Part shown: positions 27,066 to 32,000 of the stretch, one piece after another
How positions within the stretch are numbered: position 1 is the first letter of the stretch
How the letters are laid out: the number at the start of each line of letters is the position of its first letter
Position numbers and translations under genes: made by a program
Notes under the pieces: model-generated
What the model saw: only the letters and a program-made list of their open reading frames with translations
Databases searched by the model: none
Told to the model about the DNA's origin: nothing
Origin: Acaryochloris marina MBIC11017
GTDB lineage: Bacteria > Cyanobacteriota > Cyanobacteriia > Thermosynechococcales > Thermosynechococcaceae
NCBI RefSeq assembly: GCF_000018105.1
Contig: NC_009928.1
Span: 90,001 to 122,000 of the forward strand
Reading direction: 5' to 3'
Length of the DNA: 32,000 bases

Positions 27066-28933
27066 TTGGCCCAATTGAAGGGTTGACACTGTTGGCGAAT
27101 TCCAAGAAGTCACGCTGGTAATGGCTGAAGTATCCTCTTGAAAAGAGATACACGAGTTTTTGCTAGTGGAACATCATTAAACCAAGCGTCTAAGCGGACA
27201 AAATTGAGAGCAATGGCACAGAAAACATTCTGTAGATGGCTCTTCGCTAACCCGATATACCTTGATTGGCGCATGCCAAATCGCCGTATTCCCTGTGAAT
27301 GGGTACTCTCAACACCAGCCCGCAGGCTATATTTTTCCTTGAACTCAGTAGTTCGTTGTACCTGACGTCGTTCATTAAGGGCTTGATGTAACTCACGGGG
27401 ACGGAACGTCAACTCTCTTGGCTGGGTCTTTGATTTCGTACATTGAGATCGCACTGGACAACTTCGGCAAGTGGTCCCCTGGAACCTTGCTTGAATGACA
27501 TCCTTTCCGTGAATATCCTTTCCAGGCAACCATTTCGTACTGAAGTGGCCTTGAGGACAGACAACCTTCTGTTGGTCCCAACTGATGAGGAAGAAGCTCG
27601 AATCAAATCCGTTTCCTGCCTTTGCTTGCCAACTATGATTTTGACGCACTGGACCAATAACATCCATGTCATATTCTGCTTTGCTATTCACCAAATGCTC
27701 TGCCGAGAGGTAACCCCCATCTAACAAATGCTCTTTAGGCAACAACTGTTTTTTAGCCAGAGCCAGGTGAATGGGTTCAACAACTTGATCATCTGGAACC
27801 GTTGCACTGGTGGTGTGCACATGAGTGATGAGACGTGGACTTTCAGGATCACACACTTCTGTTAAATGAACTTTATAGCCCACCCAATCCATACTTCTTT
27901 TATTGCTATAGCGGGCTTCGACATCGTAAGGAGAATGAATGGATGAATCAGAAGGGGGCATATCCTTCACTTTTCGCCATTCGACTGTGCCGTCTGCATT
28001 GGGCGGGTAGAATCGCTGGAGCCAGACTTGTCGCAGAGTTTCCACTGCAGGTAGATGCTTTAACCACGGTGGTGAACTAGGGGCATATATGGCGTCAAGC
28101 AGTGTCAAACCATCTTGACCGATAGTACTGCCCAAAGCTTTGCGTTCGCTATCGGGTTTGGGCAAGCGATAATTCTCTATTCGTCGACCATAGCGATCAA
28201 ACCAGTCATCGTGCATGTGTTCGCTTAACCACTGTGGATCTGCGACAACCAAACTATTGAGAGCAGCCCGAAAGGTTTCACCAAATAACTCCAACCGATT
28301 GAGGGTTCGGATCGACGCTAGGATATGGGTCGCATCCGTTCGTTGTTGATGGTGTTCTTTAAGGAACCCTTTTGCTTGAAGGTGCTCAAGGAAGCTATCA
28401 AATAGCTGTTGTTCCTTGTCACCCGCGATCAGACGCTTGCGAAATTCACTCAAAACAGAATAATTAAATCCAGAGTCTCTCAGCGGTAGGCTCAGGGCAT
28501 ATTTCCAATCTATCCGGGCTCGAACGGCATCAGCCGCTTGACGGTCTGAAAGATTCTCAAGAAATTGCATGATGCAAACTAGCACAAGCTGCCAGGGGGA
28601 TAGAGCTGGTTGTCCTTTCTTCGGAAACAGATCAGCAAAATCGTGATCGTGATAGATAATGCCAAGTTCATCACGTAGTTGCATATACAGATTGCCATCA
28701 GGAAAGGCAGCCCTAGCTACTTCAATGGTTTCACTGGGGATGTCCAACAAGTCTGTCGGGCGCATAGACATAACAATGAGCCTCCAGAGTGAGCGTGATT
28801 GAGTTTGAGTTTTAGCAGTACCATACCTCAATCCACAAAAGGCTTACTGCATCAAGTGTTAGAAGCTATTTTCAGCCGACTTAGATCATTGCGGAATATT
28901 TCGCCAACAGTGTCAACCCTTCAATTGGGCCAA
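27066..28933 (-). mobile_element. Intact IS1182-like insertion sequence
   Basis: A perfect 34-nt terminal inverted repeat is present: ttggcccaattgaagggttgacactgttggcgaa (27066-27099) and its reverse complement (28900-28933). An alternative reading gives 32-bp IRs flanked by a direct AATTT (27063-27067 and 28932-28936). The element carries one long uninterrupted transposase ORF. Confidence 0.85.
27110..28771 (-). CDS. IS1182/IS5-superfamily DDE transposase
   Basis: The N-terminal domain shows LSPWQLVLVCIMQFLENLSDRQAADAVRARIDWKYALSL. The C-terminus shows RAGVESTHSQGIRRFGMRQSRYIGLAKSHLQNVFCAIALNFVRL. I trimmed the start to the ATG at 28771 (MSMRPTD), with GGAGG 9 nt upstream. Confidence 0.85.
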   Translation of the reverse strand: MSMRPTDLLDIPSETIEVARAAFPDGNLYMQLRDELGIIYHDHDFADLFPKKGQPALSPWQLVLVCIMQFLENLSDRQAADAVRARIDWKYALSLPLRDSGFNYSVLSEFRKRLIAGDKEQQLFDSFLEHLQAKGFLKEHHQQRTDATHILASIRTLNRLELFGETFRAALNSLVVADPQWLSEHMHDDWFDRYGRRIENYRLPKPDSERKALGSTIGQDGLTLLDAIYAPSSPPWLKHLPAVETLRQVWLQRFYPPNADGTVEWRKVKDMPPSDSSIHSPYDVEARYSNKRSMDWVGYKVHLTEVCDPESPRLITHVHTTSATVPDDQVVEPIHLALAKKQLLPKEHLLDGGYLSAEHLVNSKAEYDMDVIGPVRQNHSWQAKAGNGFDSSFFLISWDQQKVVCPQGHFSTKWLPGKDIHGKDVIQARFQGTTCRSCPVRSQCTKSKTQPRELTFRPRELHQALNERRQVQRTTEFKEKYSLRAGVESTHSQGIRRFGMRQSRYIGLAKSHLQNVFCAIALNFVRLDAWFNDVPLAKTRVSLFKRILQPLPA

Positions 28934-28983
28934 TTTAAAGCGTAGATTAACGAGTATTTATGGCTCTGGAGAACTCTGAGGGT

Positions 28984-29017
28984 AATAAAAAGACAGCTTC
29001 AGAACTGAAAGCTGTCT
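28984..29017 (-). terminator. Intrinsic terminator for the 113-aa minus-strand gene
   Basis: The stem agacagctt (28991-28999) pairs with aagctgtct (29009-29017) around a 9-nt loop. On the minus strand it is followed by a U-rich tract (plus-strand ataaaaa at 28984-28990). Confidence 0.55.
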
Positions 29018-29298
29018 AAAAATATGCTGTGGAAGATTAGAGAAATGCTCAATTCTCATCTCTTCTCAATAGAGAGTACCCTAGTCGGAAATCAATATGA
29101 TCGGATGGGTCAATCTCTTACTAGAGAATTATCAATGGCTCACTGATGAGTTGAAAAGCTAGAATTATCTCGAGGATCATCGAATGTCCTAGTCGGTGTT
29201 TGCCAAATTGTGTAAAACCGCTTTAACCCTTTCGGAGTGACATCAATATCATCATTTCTTAAGACCAATTCACCATTGGCGAACGTACAACCTATAGC

Positions 29299-29640
29299 TC
29301 AGAGAATGCCAAGGAACTCTTCGCGATTGGCTATGACGGGAATCACTTCATCCAACTCTTGACTGCTGTATATCTGTGCCACTTGATTTAAGCGCTCAGG
29401 ATAGTGATCATCCAATGTCTGCGTATAGTAAAACAGCAATGGGGTTGGATGATCATCTCCAAACAGGGCATTACAAATGCAGGTGGAGGTCATCAACATC
29501 CACATGGCAATCTTCTTAGGATCTGTAGACGGATCCCGCGCAATATCCAAAAGCAAATCCATCAAGTTATTCCTTAGTGGAACATTCAGGATAGCCTCAA
29601 CGTTTTTCCAAACAGCAAGGGTACTGGGGTTCATCAGCAA
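29299..29640 (-). CDS. Hypothetical protein (113 aa)
   Basis: This is an ORF only, with no recognised motif. Confidence 0.45.
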   Translation of the reverse strand: MLMNPSTLAVWKNVEAILNVPLRNNLMDLLLDIARDPSTDPKKIAMWMLMTSTCICNALFGDDHPTPLLFYYTQTLDDHYPERLNQVAQIYSSQELDEVIPVIANREEFLGIL

Positions 29641-30289
29641 GTCAGCCTTGTGTTCATCATCTTATTGGGATACCTAATTTCCACCCATAATTTCAAGTTA
29701 TCCCTCGTCCATCTGTAAATTGTTCTGGGTTGTAGTACCCCGTCATTGATTACTTGCCACAACCAATCACTAGAACATCTAAGCACCAATTAATTTTTGT
29801 GTTGAACCAAAATAGTGGATTTATTGGTATTAATAAATCATCATGAAATTGCTAAGAAAATCTATAACTTTCCCAGAGCTAATAGCGAATAATCCTTATC
29901 AAGCAGATATCCTGCTAATTCTCAGAGAGCTAAAATTATTAAGATCTAAGTAATTAGTTAGTAAAGTTTCTGTATTCAGGGATAATAGAGTGATTGAATC
30001 ATGGGAGTCTTGCAGGTAAGCTGATTGCTCTCTTTGTTTAATCCTTAAATACACATATTTTTCATAATTGTGTTGTTTTCATCTAGGTTGATAAACTTAG
30101 CTTGAAGAAAAGTATTATCTGATTTCTTGATTCTATTTTCCTATGTAAATCTATCCACTTAAAAATTAAGATTTTCGTCTTTCTTGATTTATTTGAATTA
30201 GCCTACTATCAATAATAAATAAGGAATTATTGAAGAAGATGTCTCCTGATATTTTCGTGTAATTTTTTATTTCGTTGGAAGGTCTTTTT

Positions 30290-31258
30290 ATGGACGTTAG
30301 CCTAATCATATCCAATATTCTTAATCCACCTGTGCTGTTCTTTTTCCTGGGTATGATGGCTGTTTTCGTTCAATCTGACTTAGAAATACCAGCCCCAATT
30401 CCGAAGTTATTCTCACTTTATCTGCTCTTTGCAATTGGCTTTAAGGGGGGCGTTGAATTAGTTAAGAGTGGGATTACCCAGGATGTAATGCTCACCTTAG
30501 CCGCTTCAGTGCTAATGGCCTGTTTTGTCCCGCTCTATACGTTCTTTATTCTCAAAATTAAGCTGGGGAATTATGATGCCGCTGCGATCGCAGCCACGTA
30601 TGGTTCCATTAGTGCCGTGACATTCATTACCGCTAGTGCTTTCTTAACCGATTTAGGGATTGATTTTGATGGCTTTATGGTAGCCGCCCTAGCCTTAATG
30701 GAATCTCCTGCAATTATCGTTGGCTTGATTCTCGTTAACCTGTTTGCCGCCAACCGGGAACAAGACTTGGAATGGTCGGAAGTTTTAAAGGAAGCGTTTC
30801 TCAACAGTTCAGTGTTTCTTCTCGTCGGTAGTTTGCTGATCGGCGTCTTAACGGGAGAGCATGGTTGGGAAGTCCTAGAACCTTTCACCCAAGGATTATT
30901 CTATGGCGTGCTCACCTTTTTCTTACTCGACATGGGACTAGTGGCCGCTCGAAGAATTAAAGACTTGCAAAAAACCGGAGTTTTCTTAGTTGGGTTTGCC
31001 ATACTGATACCAATCGTAAATGCTGGTATCGGGTTAGGAATCGCCAAACTGATTGGCATGTCCGTTGGCAATGCGCTCTTATACTCAGTACTTTGTGCAA
31101 GTGCTTCATACATTGCCGTTCCTGCCGCAATGCGCATGACTGTTCCTGAAGCCAATCCGAGCCTCTATGTTTCAACGGCGTTGGCTGTGACCTTTCCGTT
31201 CAATATTATTGTCGGAATCCCTCTATACCTTGCTGGAATCGAGTTTTTATGGAGTTAA
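30290..31258 (+). CDS. sbtA: SbtA-family (DUF897) sodium-dependent bicarbonate transporter-like permease
   Basis: The product is a polytopic membrane protein starting MDVSLIISNILNPPVLFFFLGM, with FAIGFKGGVEL and two homologous halves. It is followed 5 nt later by a PII-like gene, the arrangement that defines sbtA-sbtB. The start is the ATG at 30290, with GGAAGG upstream. Confidence 0.75.
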   Translation: MDVSLIISNILNPPVLFFFLGMMAVFVQSDLEIPAPIPKLFSLYLLFAIGFKGGVELVKSGITQDVMLTLAASVLMACFVPLYTFFILKIKLGNYDAAAIAATYGSISAVTFITASAFLTDLGIDFDGFMVAALALMESPAIIVGLILVNLFAANREQDLEWSEVLKEAFLNSSVFLLVGSLLIGVLTGEHGWEVLEPFTQGLFYGVLTFFLLDMGLVAARRIKDLQKTGVFLVGFAILIPIVNAGIGLGIAKLIGMSVGNALLYSVLCASASYIAVPAAMRMTVPEANPSLYVSTALAVTFPFNIIVGIPLYLAGIEFLWS

Positions 31259-31262
31259 GGGC

Positions 31263-31568
31263 ATGCATCCTGTTAAGAAAATTGAAATTATTGCCAATTC
31301 CTTTGAACTCGGTAAAATTTTAGACGCTTTAGATCAATCGGGGGTTCATGGGCATGCCATTATTCGGAATGTGGCGGGCAAAGGGTTGCGAGGGACCACG
31401 GAAGATCTTGACCACACCATGCTGGATAACGTTTACATTATTGCCTTCTGCGCACCTGACTTGTTGAAGCCAGTCGTGGAGAATATTCGCCCTATCCTTA
31501 ATAAGTTTGGCGGGACTTGTTACGTTACAGATACTCAAGAAATTCGGTCTGTGCGCTGCATTTCATAG
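31263..31568 (+). CDS. sbtB: PII-like signalling protein SbtB
   Basis: The product reads MHPVKKIEIIANSFELGKILDALDQSGVHGHAIIRNVAGKGLRG..DNVYIIAFC. This is the beta-alpha-beta PII fold with a T-loop-like GKGLRGT. I trimmed the start to the ATG at 31263, because the track start overlaps sbtA. Confidence 0.75.
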   Translation: MHPVKKIEIIANSFELGKILDALDQSGVHGHAIIRNVAGKGLRGTTEDLDHTMLDNVYIIAFCAPDLLKPVVENIRPILNKFGGTCYVTDTQEIRSVRCIS

Positions 31569-31711
31569 CGAATGGCCACAGGCTTGGCATTTGTGATACT
31601 GTCCAGGTTCGCATCCAGAACGAATGGACTGACTGTGATTACTCAGACACCCGAGTGCCTTTAGACGCAAGATAACTCGACCACTTTGAATGGAGTTCCA
31701 CTTTTGTTTAT

Positions 31712-32000
31712 TCATGGCAAATCCTCCAATTTCATCTGTCCAAACCATTCCTGTTTTGTGGACGCATTGGCTTTTCGGAACAGCGCATCAAATTTCAAGT
31801 GGCAGGGCGCACAGAGAGCATTGAGATTATCTGGGTGATTGTTCTGTGGATCTTGGTCAAGGTGGGCCACCGTGAGAGTGAATCGCTGAGGTTTTTCTTC
31901 TTCCCCCTCTGAAGTGATCGGGAACCATTCAGGGTACGTAATCATCAGACAGAAAGCGAAGTGCAGCCGCTCAACCCCCGGTTTTCGACAGGGTTTACCG
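31712..32000 (-). CDS. HNH endonuclease, 5' end outside the window
   Basis: The product shows LTVAHLDQDPQNNHPDNLNALCAPCHLKFD, an H-N-H motif with a CxxC. The frame stays open upstream of the M at 31945 to the window edge (..GKPCRKPGVERLHFAFCLMITYPEW). Confidence 0.7.
   Translation of the reverse strand, partial: GKPCRKPGVERLHFAFCLMITYPEWFPITSEGEEEKPQRFTLTVAHLDQDPQNNHPDNLNALCAPCHLKFDALFRKANASTKQEWFGQMKLEDLP

Noticed and set aside
27138-28080. Five short ORFs inside or antisense to the IS1182-like transposase gene
   Set aside because: They are nested in a 553-aa frame with clear transposase motifs, so they are shadow ORFs.
29158-29301. In-frame TGA at the end of the 113-aa gene followed by 47 further sense codons (AIGCTFANGELVLRNDDIDVTPKG...)
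   Set aside because: An open run of 47 codons has roughly a 10 percent chance of occurring by accident. Nothing else supports a readthrough or selenocysteine signal, though a nonsense-mutated longer gene cannot be excluded.
30571-31175. Three minus-strand ORFs within sbtA, and 31329..31538 within sbtB
   Set aside because: They are antisense to well-supported membrane-protein and PII-like frames.
31563-31748. 61-aa minus-strand ORF ending ..CEPGQYHKCQACGHSL downstream of the HNH gene
   Set aside because: It overlaps the HNH gene end in another frame. The CxxC string is suggestive, but I cannot tell a real small zinc-ribbon gene from a frameshifted tail.

Overview
Cyanobacterial accessory, plasmid-like DNA with a strongly mosaic structure. 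All calls come from reading the supplied translations and the nucleotide sequence by eye; no database search was run. Three kinds of material are interleaved. (1) A light-harvesting and pigment gene set: cpcB-cpcA, an RpaB-like response regulator, a membrane-anchored CpcG/CpcL-type rod linker, a CP43-like Pcb/IsiA antenna protein, ferrochelatase with a CAB tail, heme oxygenase, cpcE, cpcT, a plant-type ferredoxin and sbtA-sbtB. From memory this resembles the plasmid-borne phycocyanin clusters of Acaryochloris-type cyanobacteria, which is an inference. (2) At least seven IS elements or remnants: IS1-like, IS4-like, IS630-like, two IS5-like, one intact IS1182-like, and one unclassified transposase fragment. 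(3) A higher-GC plasmid-maintenance block: hicA-hicB plus two unknown genes, a tyrosine recombinase, and an Rpn/DUF2887-like nuclease. The most unusual content is a two-gene module at 15763-17144 inside a visibly AT-rich island. It encodes a JAB/JAMM metalloprotease fused to a Cys-less E2/UEV-like domain, followed 14 nt later by a small E2(UBC)-like protein with a candidate catalytic Cys. No E1 or ubiquitin-like gene is visible. An IS630 element sits immediately after its stop codon and is followed by two more IS remnants. A second notable structure is a 287-bp inverted duplication (5 transitions) of the cpcA 3' end plus terminator. It brackets about 12.5 kb of the antenna genes and ends exactly at an IS4 remnant.
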